Source: Nymphaea colorata
Lineage: Eukaryota
Reading direction: 5' to 3'
NCBI RefSeq assembly: GCF_008831285.2
Contig: NC_045138.2
Coordinates: forward strand, 41,478,001-41,542,000
DNA: 64,000 nucleotides
Below are positions 25,340 through 36,555 of this stretch, one piece after another. Position numbers and translations under genes: made by a program. How positions within the stretch are numbered: the stretch's first letter is position 1; each line of letters opens with the position of its first letter. The notes under the pieces are model-generated. The model worked only from the letters and a program-made list of their open reading frames with translations, ran no database searches and had not been told where the DNA came from.

Positions 25340-28300
25340 AGCTGGAGCATAGATATCAATCATGCTCAGCTTGTTACAACCTCTCAGGAAATCGCCTATG
25401 GGAAGAGTCTTGGTGTTTGATCTTCAAAGGAGACATGAATAGTGCTAATAATTCTTTCTTGAACTAAATCCCGAACATAGTGGTAATCCACTTCAATATG
25501 TTTTGTCCTCTCATGAAAAACATAATTGTTAGCAATATAGGTAGCTGCCTTGTTGTCACAATACATTTTTATTAGGAGATTCACTGAAACACCCAACTCT
25601 AAAAGTAATGATCTGACCCATGACATTTCAGCCGCAATTTGAGTCGTAGCCCTATATTTCGACTCAGCACTAGATCGATCCACCACATTCTGCTTCTTGC
25701 TCCTCCAAGAAATCAGCATCACTATATGCTTCAATGTCAACACTTTCTCCCTTTTTAAACCATAACCCCTTTCTTAGGGTTGATTTCAGGTATCTGACAA
25801 CCATTAGAGTAGTGTTCCAATGAACTTTTCTAGGTTTTTGCCATGAATTAACTTAGTTTATTCACAGCGAAGCTAATGTCAGGGCGAATGACAGTTAAAT
25901 AGCAGTTTTCCTATTAGAGATCTGTAAGATTTAGAGTCAAAAAGCTCTGATTCATCATCATGTATATGAATGTGAGAGTTCATGGGGAGAGTTGCAAGTT
26001 TAGCCCCCAATAAACTTGTTTCTTGCAAAAGATCCAAAGCATATTTTTTCTAAGATACCACAACTCCTTTACAATTACGGGTCACCACAATACCAAGAAA
26101 ATAACGGAGTTGTCCAAGGTCTTTTATGACAAAGTGTTTCTGAAGAAACTCCTTTGTCTGAGCTATCTCTTGATCACTTTCCCCAATGAGAACAACATCA
26201 TCAATGTAAACAATTAATATCACTATACTAGATGTACCTTGCTTGATAAACAATGAGTGATCAAGTTGAGACCGACGAAAACCACATCTAGATACGACCT
26301 CAGATAGCTTATGAAACCATGCACGAGGACTCTGTTTAAGCCCATAAATAGCCTTCTTTAATTTGCATACCTTGGAACACTCCCCCTGTCTCTCAAAACC
26401 AGGTGGTTGCTACATATAGAAAGTTTCATAAAAATCTCCATATAGAAAACATTTTTCACGTCCAGCTAAAATAAAGGTCATTGTCGCTGGACAACAAGAG
26501 ATATAATAAGTCGAATAGAGCTCAATCGAGCCACAGGTGAAAAGACTTCAAAGAAATCGACACCATAAGTCTGTGTATATCCTTTAGCGACTAGACGTGC
26601 CTTGAACCGTTCAACTGAACCATCAGAATGATACTTGATGGAGAACACCCACTTGGAGCCAACCACATCACAGTGCCTCGGTGGATCCACCAATTCCCAA
26701 GTCTCTCGAGAGATAAGAGCATCCGTTTCCTCCTGTATGGCATGCCGCCATCGTGAATCTAATAGGGCTTGATGGTGAGAAGAAGGGATCATGTGACTAA
26801 ACAGAGCTCGATCAAACTGCACCAAACTTGTACTCAAATGGTTAGTGGAGATAGAATTAGAAATCAGGTGTAGTGTGCACTATCGCTTTCCCTTATGAAT
26901 AGCAATAGGGAGATCATATGCATAATGTTCATCATTTGAACCTGAATCAGTCTGATCAGTGGAATTTACCTCTTGAGAAGATGTTGGTAGGCGGTTGGAA
27001 GAGAGACCAAGACAACGAGTGTAAACCAATGGAAGATCAAAGAAACGTTCATGTGACATAGGTTGAGATGGCGGTAAGGACTCAAGGAACACTGGTGGAA
27101 TGGGAAGAGGAACAGGTTAGGAATCTCAGACAGAAAAGGATTCGAAGGAGAAAAATAAGGACGAGACTCAAAAAATGTAACATCCGCACTGATAATCTCT
27201 TTCTTGGTCTGGGGATCAAAGCACTTATATCTTTTTTGATTGGTAAAGTATCCAATAAAAATACACATTTGATTGCTTCGGCAGCAAGTTTGTTTTTGTC
27301 TGGGCCTAGGATGTGTGCAAAGCAAGTGCATCCAAATGCTTTGGGAGGTATATGAAATAGTGGTCGATTTGGATATAAAAGTTGAATGAGAATACAGTCT
27401 TGGATGGCTGACGAGGGTAATCTGTTAATGAGGTAACATGCAGTAAGAATAGCATCCCCCCAAAAGTAGACAGACATGTGAGAATGCAGCACGAGGGTAC
27501 ATGCCACATGTGGGAGTTGTCGATGTTTGCGTTTGACAACACCATTTTGTTGGGATGTGTGTGGACAAGTATATTGAGGTCGAATTGCATGATTGGCATA
27601 AAACTGAAGTAGAACGAAAGATTTGAATTCAAAAGCATTATCAGTGCGAATATTTTTGACAATGAAACCAAACTGAGTTTTTATTTCCTTGACAAATTTA
27701 GGAAGAATACATATGACTTCGGATCTTTCCCGTAACAAGAATACCTAACTGACTCGAGTAAAATCATCAACCAAAACAAGATAATACCGAAAACGCGAGT
27801 GAAAAGGAACCCGACTAGGACCCCACACATCCACATGAAGGTGATCAAATGGACTTTGACTAGATGGTTCTTGACTCGAAGGAAAGCTACTTTGTGTATG
27901 TTTGCCTAATTGGCAAGCATCACATATGAAGAACTCTGATATAGTAATACTTGGAAGCATGCGACGAAGATGGCTTTGAGGAGAATGAAGATGCAGCAAC
28001 ATTACTGGGACATACAAAAAATAGAGTCACGTTCATGGCTGCCACCAATCATCTTCCCAGTTAGTAAGTCCTCAAAAGAACATGTACCAGGGTAAAAAAT
28101 GACTCTACGCTTTAAATCAATAGTCAGCTGCTTAACAGATAACAAATTAACAGGAAACTGTGGAGCATAGAGCACATGGGTAATAGTGCCTAAATGTGAG
28201 AGATAAATATCACCACTGCCCAATACAAGAGATAGTTTGCCATCAGCCAGTCTGACATGCTGTGGTGTAGAGAACCTGACTAATGATGAAAAAATATGTG

Positions 28301-28475
28301 GTTGATTACAACAGTGCCTGGAGGCGCCAGAATCTATCATCCACATCATATCAAGGTCATCGATAGGAGCACCAACAGAGAAGGAAGAGTCTACCACAGT
28401 TATGCTGGCATATGAGAAGGAATTTTCTGCCATCTTGTAGTCATTGGAACCCTTAGACACATTACCATTAGCCAT
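25340..28475 (-). pseudogene. pol: Frameshifted copia pol (protease, integrase, reverse transcriptase, RNase H)
   Basis: WMIDSGASRH (protease), CDACQLGK and LHVDVWGP, IRTDNAFEF...QQNGVVKRKHR (integrase), KARLVAKGYTQTYGVDF and LIVYIDD (RT), YCDNKAA...HERTKHIEVD (RNase H). These are spread over several broken frames. Confidence 0.95.
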
Positions 28476-29525
28476 AGTAAAATTCCAACCAGAATTGTAC
28501 TCACAATATGTATGTATAAGGTGCAGTAGTTAACTTCAACCAAGGCACGACAACATAGAAGAATCCGGAACGCACTTATGGCTCCAATCATCAACTCAGA
28601 AATTCACTAAAACAGGCAGCAACATAGGCACAAACTCAGGCAGCAACTCAACAAAATAATTTCAGCCGATGGCTGCAACACAAGCTGGAACTTTACGATT
28701 AGTAGCAGTCCACAACTAATGAGACCTCAATTAATATATTTCATATCCATGATTTGTAGATCATTCTGCTCCTCACGTCAAATTATATCCACAAGCAGTG
28801 GATTGACTCTGCCCCACACGATCAACATAAAAATCTGATTACAGCAATAATAACCTCCACGAGATCCACTTAAGAATCAGGTTGAACACAACCACAAAAC
28901 AAATTGGCGGACTGTTTTCAAACGTGGATAGTAGGCAGCACTTTCAGATATCGATAATAGGTAGCAAACAAGCACAAGTTTGACAATAGAGAAAACCAGT
29001 CTCACTTCAACGATGCAGAGAGAAAACAGAAATCTGCCTACTCCATACAATTTCAGACTTGTCTCACTTCAACGATGCAGGAAAAAGACTGAACCTGCCC
29101 ACACAAACATGCCTTTGCTTGTAAGAATCCACCAGGCACCACACGGCTAAACAAATCAGACTGCCCTAGCAGATCCGACATTCTTTGGCTTGAACATCTT
29201 CCACAGCTGCACTTGAGTTAGATTTGATTTTGCAGCAAGGTCTGATCTAATTCACCATTTCAATGACGTGATAAGCTTCAACGGCAACAGCTTTCAGCAA
29301 CTTCACGACAACAACAGCAACACAAGGGTGCTAATCACGTTTTCACATGTTAAAAACGTGATTTGCCCCTATCCAACCAACCACTCAACTTGCTTGTTTT
29401 GTAAACAGCAAGAACCCTAAGTGTGAAACCCTAGTTTGGCAGAAGAGAGGAGAGATGAGAGGAGAAGGAAACCCTAGGCGTGAAACCCTAGATCACACAG
29501 CCCTAGGTCTATTGCTCTGATACTA

Positions 29526-29721
29526 TGTTGAATATTGGAGGAAGAAGAGGACTAGAGAGAGAGAGAAAAAAAACACTTTCTTTCTTATTCACGTGACCCT
29601 AATCTCTTAAAAGAGATTAGGGTTGGCAACATAACAATTACAAAATCAGTCCACTAAATGTAAGAAAATATTTAAAGAACTACTATTCAACTTTTTATTC
29701 TTGCAGAAACACTGTTTAACA
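29526..29721 (-). repeat. 5' LTR of the copia element
   Basis: TG...CA ends, adjacent to the PBS, direct repeat of 25127-25329. Confidence 0.93.
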
Positions 29722-30287
29722 AGCCCCATGATTAACCGTTGGGTTTTGTCACCAAATGAATAAATCTAACTTTCTTATGACTCTACTTTCATGTTATTAG
29801 AATTGTTTATCAAGTGCATATATAATCAGATCATTCTACAACCTCTTTATGCTTAAATTACAATTTATATACTGTTTGCCTTCAAAAACAAAAGCTAACA
29901 AAACTCATTTGAGTCGCCGAGTTGACTTGCTGAGTCACAAGTCACCAGTGTATGGATCGAATCCCCGGTCACAAGGTTTTTAAACATTGAGTTGAACAAC
30001 TTGTTTCTTTAGACATATTCTTCACATCAAATAGCAGAGTCAAGAAGGGTTGACATATTTGCGAACCCTCCACGTTTGGCAAAGGCGTTGTTGTAACTCT
30101 CAAACTAACTAGCCAATGTACATTGGAAGGGTTTTTTTTTTTCCCATTGAGCTCTTTTTTCATTTGTTGGTGAATAGCAATGGCAAAGTTTTGTAGGTGC
30201 CATTAGAGAGACATTTTTTTATGAGTGAAAGAGAATCACCACTCATCATCACCACTCATCATAGAGTTGAAGCTTCCATCTAACCTT

Positions 30288-30735
30288 TAGGGGTAAACAC
30301 GAGCCAAGTGGAGCCCCAGTTCAGTTAGCTCGAGCTCGAGAATAACTCAACAGAAGCGTCTCGATCTTGACTTGGCAGTTACATGTTGAGCTCGAGCTCG
30401 ACTCGATTAAGGCTCGACAAACTCGTTTGAATAGAATTGATATTCATCGTTACGTGTTGAGCTCGAGTTCAATTTAATTAAGGCTCGACAAACTCGTTTG
30501 AATAAAATTAATATTCATCGTTATGTGTTGAACTCGAGCTCAACAAACTCTAAACTCTTTTGAATGTATGGACTTGATTAAGGCTCGACAAACTTGATTA
30601 AGGGTTGAGCTCGACTCGGCAGTTACATGTTGAACTCGAACTCAACTCGATTATTTGAACGAGTTGACTCATGAACTCGAGCTCGAACTCGTTCACGAGT
30701 CGAGGTCGAGTAGCTTGACTCGTTGTTCACCCCTA
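30288..30735. mobile_element. hAT-like MITE with GAGCTCGA subterminal repeats and internal tandem duplications
   Basis: TAGGGGTAAACA matches the reverse complement of TGTTCACCCCTA. The unit GATTAAGGCTCGACAAACT is repeated internally. A possible decayed 8-bp TSD is CTAACCTT/CAAACCCC. Confidence 0.7.
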
Positions 30736-32109
30736 CAAACCCCTTGTCCTCTTATGGTATAGGGGCTGCATTTCAATGCTCTGATGACCTTCTTTTGCAT
30801 CACAAAAGGTTGATGCCTATAACACTCTAAATCAAGACTGGCTGCCTACCAACCCCCATCCTAAGCCGTTATGTCGACTACTCCACATTGGCTGCTTGGA
30901 GTTCATTCTACATGTTCGGCCATAGTAGTCCTTTCCTCCACGTTCACTGTTGTCATCACCTTTATCCTTTGTTCGGACTGAGTAATTGATGAGAGTTCTC
31001 AAAATTTCCTCCATCTGAATGAGTCTTTCAGAGGTCTCAATGGCAGCCTTGCAACTTACTTTGATACAAAGTATCACACATCTGTCTGCTATAAGAAGAC
31101 ACGTTTGTGGCATAATTATTCATAGGTTCAACACTCAGCATAAGTCTGCCTTGCTGAATTAGGAGTGTTGAAGACTAAAGAAAAGAACACACTAGACGAT
31201 CTTACACGAAGGGACTTAGCCAATTCAAGAGTAAGCTTATCCCACTTTCTGTACGTTGGTTTTTGAATAATGTTGTTCTATGATCTCAAGGACAGACTTC
31301 GTTTGATTGAGGGAAAGTGGAAGATGAATTTGGTCCAAAGGGGAAGAAAAATTCAAAATAAAAGTTGGCACATTCTAACGATCAAAGTTGGATTGGGCAG
31401 TGATCTATGTTAATAAAAGTAAATTCTGGGAATTGAATACTCGATTGGTTCATCTTGAAGGGTTTTTCATATCCAATACACCAGCCAGTTTGGACAAAGA
31501 CCTTGCTAAGCAATGCTCATTAGTTGTTCACATTGTTACTGAGAATTTTCCCACTTAATCTTCTTTGTTATTCATGACGGAGGACAATAATTCAAACTTT
31601 TGAAATCGATCATTTTAGTTATAATCCCTTCGCTGAGTGATCTAATCATCTTAAGGTATAACATTTGTTGGTCTGCCAGTTTATGTGGCACAACGTTATG
31701 TGTTCTTATTCGATGTTTCCCAATGGTCTAAACCTACAAAGAAATGCATAATGGCGAAAAACACGCTTGCTACCTCAATATGGAGCTAGAGTTGGCGATT
31801 AGGTGATTGATTGGCTGGGCTTGGATGGAAAGTTGGACACTCGTCGACTAGTATTCAGCGCATTCACCATTTGCAGTCTAAAAGAGTAGCATATATCAAA
31901 ATCAAACTGACTACCGGCGTTTTACTTAGCCCTCCAGCCCAGTCAGTTACACGGGGCACATGGAGCTAGAGTTGAAATTAAGCTGGCTCCTTAAGATAAA
32001 ACGAGGTGCCAACCAAGAGAGAGAGAGAGAGATTGTAAATACAAAATTTGAATTAAGTACTACTAATTCAAAATCTGGTCTGCATACATGATTTCTAGTA
32101 AGTGCCAAC

Positions 32110-32147
<38 letters not shown>

Positions 32148-32575
32148 AATCCAACATTTAAATTGGGTACTGTTCGATTCGATTCTTACAGGTACTACTC
32201 ATCTATACTGCAAATGGCAGATGTTCGACACCTAATTGATGGATATCCTGCCTTACACCGTCTTAAAGCAGTCCTGGACCTGGGACTAGGGGGAAGTTTC
32301 AATTTTGGATCTAGAGATGAGTTTAGCCAAAATACTTTGGATCCAAAATTGAAGGTTCCTAATCTTTATAGATTCAACCTAGATCCAGGCACAGTATTGG
32401 AATTCGGAAGAAAAGGTACACAACGGTAAAGCAGGAAAAAGGGCTATTATCTACTAACCTGATCCAACATTCCATTCTTTTTCCCAGATCCACGTTCATG
32501 GCCACTGTCTCGGATCCGTTTCCAGTTTCGGATGGTCAGATCAACCGAGTCCGATCCATGTAACAGTAACCTTAG

Positions 32576-32677
32576 CTTGACGCCACCGTCAAATTTATGT
32601 GGAGGCGTCAAGACTCCAGCGATTCTCTTTGTCTCTCTATAAAAAAGGGAGGGCCCTTTATGCCCATGTTAGGGTTT
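32576..32677 (+). promoter_or_regulatory. Core promoter of the RS31-like gene: TGACG-containing inverted repeat, TATA box, telo-box
   Basis: CTTGACGCCACC...GGAGGCGTCAAG at 32576-32612, TATAAAAA at 32638-32645 and TAGGGTTT at 32670-32677. A 5' UTR donor CAG|GTACTC follows at 32740/32741, with acceptor TATCAG| at 33883. Confidence 0.5.
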
Positions 32678-32740
32678 TTTCCTAGGGTTCTTGCTTTCGT
32701 GGTGCTCGCTTGAGGGTTTCTTCCTCTCGAAGGCATTCAG

Positions 32741-32783
<43 letters not shown>

Positions 32784-33915
32784 GGCTAAAGGCTTAGTTG
32801 GGCTGTGCAAAAAATTGCTTCTTGTGTTGGGTTCTCTGTGCTTTTCGGAATTGATTCTCGTACCATGCGTTCTTTTACGGTTTCTGGGTTTGATTGGGGT
32901 TTTGTTTTGTTTGTCCTCAACCACTGCGTTTGAGTTGCGGTATCTTGACCACCGTCGACTATCATTTCCGTTATATTTGGGGCTCTTTTCCTCATACGGG
33001 TTTATGTAGTGTACCGTGTGTTTTGTCGACTTCACGTTTTTTTTTCATAAGATATCTTGGGCGGCATGGCGTATTTTGCATATTTCTGTGCATTTTCGTC
33101 TGCAAGCTCTTGACGGGAAATGATTTTTCAGTCTTGAAGTATTGACATCGTTATTCCAGCAACATCGCTGTTATCATTATCTTCAATTGTTTTCCTTCAG
33201 TTATTTATTAAATATCTGGCACATATTTTCACGAGATGGAGACAGTCGGGTGGCTGTACATATGTGGGTGCAATCTACTTTGCTTATCCAATTACTTGGA
33301 GGTGCACGATATTGAGTTTGTTGGTAATTAGTTCCGAATACGCTTTGGGTATTTCTTGCAACGTGGTGTTACGGGGAGCAATAAGTGCCTTTTTCCGGTT
33401 TTCAATGTCCTCCAGTTTCTGGATGGACCATATTGAAAATGGAGTTGGCAATGTAATCCTATCCTCGTATCTATGCTTCAATATCATTTGAATATATAGT
33501 TATTGACAATGCAATGTTGTGACATCACTTGAATGCTCATCCAATTTTTTCGGAAATTCATTAGTTATTTAAAATACCCAAACTGTTTGGTCCCCAATGC
33601 TTCCGAACAACTTATTGTGCTTTGTAATTTTGTAAATTTGATTCCTGACAAACTCATGCAAACCATCTATTTGAATCCCGAATATCTAAACGCAACCTAA
33701 AATTTCTGGATTTATTTGTTTATTATTTTTAAGTGGTTGTTGATGTTATCAGTAAATTATCTCCATGAGAGTGTAAATTGAAGCGTATGGTTAGGCATTA
33801 TCATTATAAGTTGCTTTCTTGATCATCGACCTGTCTTATACTCGTTTATTTATTTGTTGTATTTTTTGGATTTTGGTTATCAGGGTCTGTGGATATCAAT
33901 TTTGTGGCAGCCAAG

Positions 33916-36555
33916 ATGAGGCCTTTGTTCTGTGGCAACCTTGAGTATGATACTCGCCAATCTGAGCTGGAGAGGCTATTCTCCAAATATGGGAGGGTTG
34001 ATCGTGTCGACATGAAATCTGGTATTACTTTTGTTTCGTTCTTGATGATTTCCTACAATGATGGTTTCTCTCTTCCACTAAACTTGTCTTTTTGATTGTT
34101 TTTGGAGTTACAGTGCAACAACTTTTTATGTTTGATGGCATGATGAGGATCCATTGTCACACAGTTTCATATCAGAAATCAGAAACTGGGTGAACATGCT
34201 TTGCATTTTGTGTGATGTCGTATTCGAGAATAATGTCTTTCATGATTCTTCTTTATAAGGCATTGTATCAGTAGTTTGATTGTGGATAGCTGAAGGAAAG
34301 TTACGATTTCATAAGGATTAGGCTGCAGACAGCTTGAAAAATTGGCTTCTTTGTAGCAATAATTTTATCACGATATTTATTCTAGTTACTGGGAAATGAA
34401 AAATGTGAAAATGGTAGCATTATGATAAATCTTTGGATGAAGCAATTCATCTGCGGATGGACCACATAAGCTTATGCTGTTTAAGCTGCCAGTTTCCTTG
34501 GAGATTGTTGTGTGCTTTTGTTTCAGTAAATCTCTTGGTTCTGGCTTTTAACTTTGTGGTTGAGCTTATGCTTTGTTAAATAAGTCAGAAAGCTAGCACG
34601 AGAATTGTCAAGAGGATTTATCATTCTTTTGCTTCCATTCCCTGCTACTAGTCTCCACGCTATTGGAACAGCTAGTTATATTCATAGGGAGCCTTTCTTC
34701 AAAATTGAGTTTGCTTTTATGCTAATGTGGTGGTTGAACTTAAGAGTCCTGTCAGGTATATTTTCTGTTCATGTTGTGATGGTTAAAGTGGTTCTTTTTT
34801 AGAAACAAGTATTTGCACTAAAAGTTAAAAAGATTGGTAATTCCACTTTAACACTGAACATGTGTCAGTGACATGGAGGAGATTGCATAAACTGCAGTGT
34901 CTGTATCTTCTTTATGTCAGAGAATGGCATCTGATTACAGCAATGTTGCGGTTGCTTCAGCGGGGCCTCTATATTTAAATGTTTGTTTTGACGCAGGGAC
35001 AGTTAATGGCAACTTATTTCACTCTGATGTATCAACTTCCATGCAAAACATTCCATATCAGAGCAATTTATCCTTCCTGCAAGCACATCAGACTCTTACA
35101 CTCAACTGCCATTCTACACTGTCCTCACACGATAGTCTACTGTCCATCTTTTCTACGACTGCATTATGTAGAGTTGACATTTTACAAGTATGAGGAATCT
35201 GATAATCATGCCTACTGCACGCCTGCTGCACGAATGGGGAAGCATGTGCAGCAGTGAACTCGCATTGGGTTAAATTTTTATGCTATCATTTAGTCCATCC
35301 AAAAGCCTCCATACTTGCCATCCTTTTGTCCTTCAGGCCTTCTCCTGTCTATCAGGTGTTGTATACTTCTTTTTTCAATTTTGCAGGAATAAAGAGGTTC
35401 CTGATTAGCCTGTCCAGCTGGATCAGATTTAATATATTGATGTTTCTGTGTACGAGTGGCGCACTGTCTTAAAGTGTTTTGTTTTACACAGGTTTTGCAT
35501 TCATTTATTTTGAAGATGAACGTGATGCTGAGGATGCTATTCGAGGTCTTGATGATATACCTTTTGGCTATCGCAAGCGTAGGATATCGGTGGAGTGGGC
35601 AAGAGTATGTTTCTGCTACTTTGGATCTGTTTCCTCCTCACTGTTTGATAAAGTTGTCTATTTTTATGTCTGATATAATAATATTTCAGCAAGGAGAGAG
35701 GGGACGGCATCGTGAAGGATCTGGTCGCACTGGTGTGAACATGAGGCCTGCTAAAACACTCTTTGTGATAAACTTTGATCCCATCAATACGAGAATTAGA
35801 GATCTTGAAAGGCATTTTGAGCCTTATGGGAAGGTTTTGCACGTCCGGATCAGGCGGAATTTTGCTTTCGTGCAGTTTGAGGCACAAGAAGATGCTACCA
35901 AAGCCTTGGAAGCGACCAATGGCAGGTAATAATTTTGTGTTTGTCTTATTCTCCCGAACTGTTCTTATGAAGATGGTATTGTTTTCATGCTTTTCCCTAG
36001 TTGAAGGACCTACGGTCCAATTTTGTGGGGCTTGCTTAGTAGTTCATCCTGTGATTGACACCCCTCGCTGGTTATCAGTTTTCCACCCTATGATATTGCT
36101 GGACGACTTGAAAATTTTTTGCAATGCTCAGTTTCTCTCCTAACATACTTCTGCAATGCTCATCTGACTCCAGCAAGATATTTGACCGCGTAATCTCGGT
36201 TGAATATGCACTGAGAGACGACAGTGAGAGGGACGACAGGCGAGACAGTCCCAGGAGAGATGGCTATGGAAGGCGTGATAGCCCAATTTATGGTCGGTCT
36301 CCCAGTCCGGGTTACAGAAGGCGCCCAAGTCCTGACTATGGCCGGGGCCGTAGCCCTGTATATGACAGATACAACGGTCCAGCTTTTGATAGGAACAGGA
36401 GCCCCGAGTATGGCAGATATCGCAGGTATGAATACCCTTGCCCTATTTCTGGTTTTCTCAGCTGCAAACGTTGAACTGATCTCCTTCAATTGACTGTCGA
36501 TGTTGTTGTTGTTCCCTTGAACAGTCGATCTCCCATCCGAAGGTCGAGGACCTGA
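33916..36555 (+). CDS. RS31: Arginine/serine-rich splicing factor, RS subfamily (RS31-like), 245 aa. Coding exons 33916-34021, 35492-35604, 35690-35925, 36174-36425, 36525-36555
   Basis: Two RRMs ([11 protein letters not shown]...[32 protein letters not shown]...RNFAFVQF) and an RS/SP-rich tail ([16 protein letters not shown]...RSRT*). All introns are GT-AG. Exon lengths sum to 738 nt in frame. Confidence 0.93.
34997..35396 (+). other. Probable alternative (poison) cassette exon in the long RRM1 intron of RS31
   Basis: Acceptor TTTTGACGCAG| at 34996. Splicing to it gives an in-frame TGA at 35191-35193. Candidate donor GAG|GTTCCT at 35396/35397 leaves a 95-nt intron. PTC-generating splicing of this intron is known in plant RS-subfamily genes. 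Confidence 0.55.

Larger units (their letters stand above)
25127..29721 (-). mobile_element. Ty1/copia LTR retrotransposon with intact boundaries, decayed pol and no recognisable gag
   Basis: 5' LTR 29526-29721 and 3' LTR 25127-25329, about 92% identical by eye. Perfect TSD AGCCC (25122-25126 and 29722-29726). PBS TAGTATCAGAGC at 29514-29525 (one mismatch to tRNA-iMet). PPT GAGGGGGAG adjacent to the 3' LTR. Domain order PR-INT-RT-RH. Confidence 0.96.

Noticed and set aside
30300..30720. Repeated units that superficially look like a CRISPR array
   Set aside because: Degenerate, irregular subterminal repeats inside a MITE in plant DNA, with no unique spacers and no cas genes.
30832..31113. 93-aa minus ORF, possibly a retroelement gag relic
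   Set aside because: No diagnostic motif and no associated LTR or PBS.
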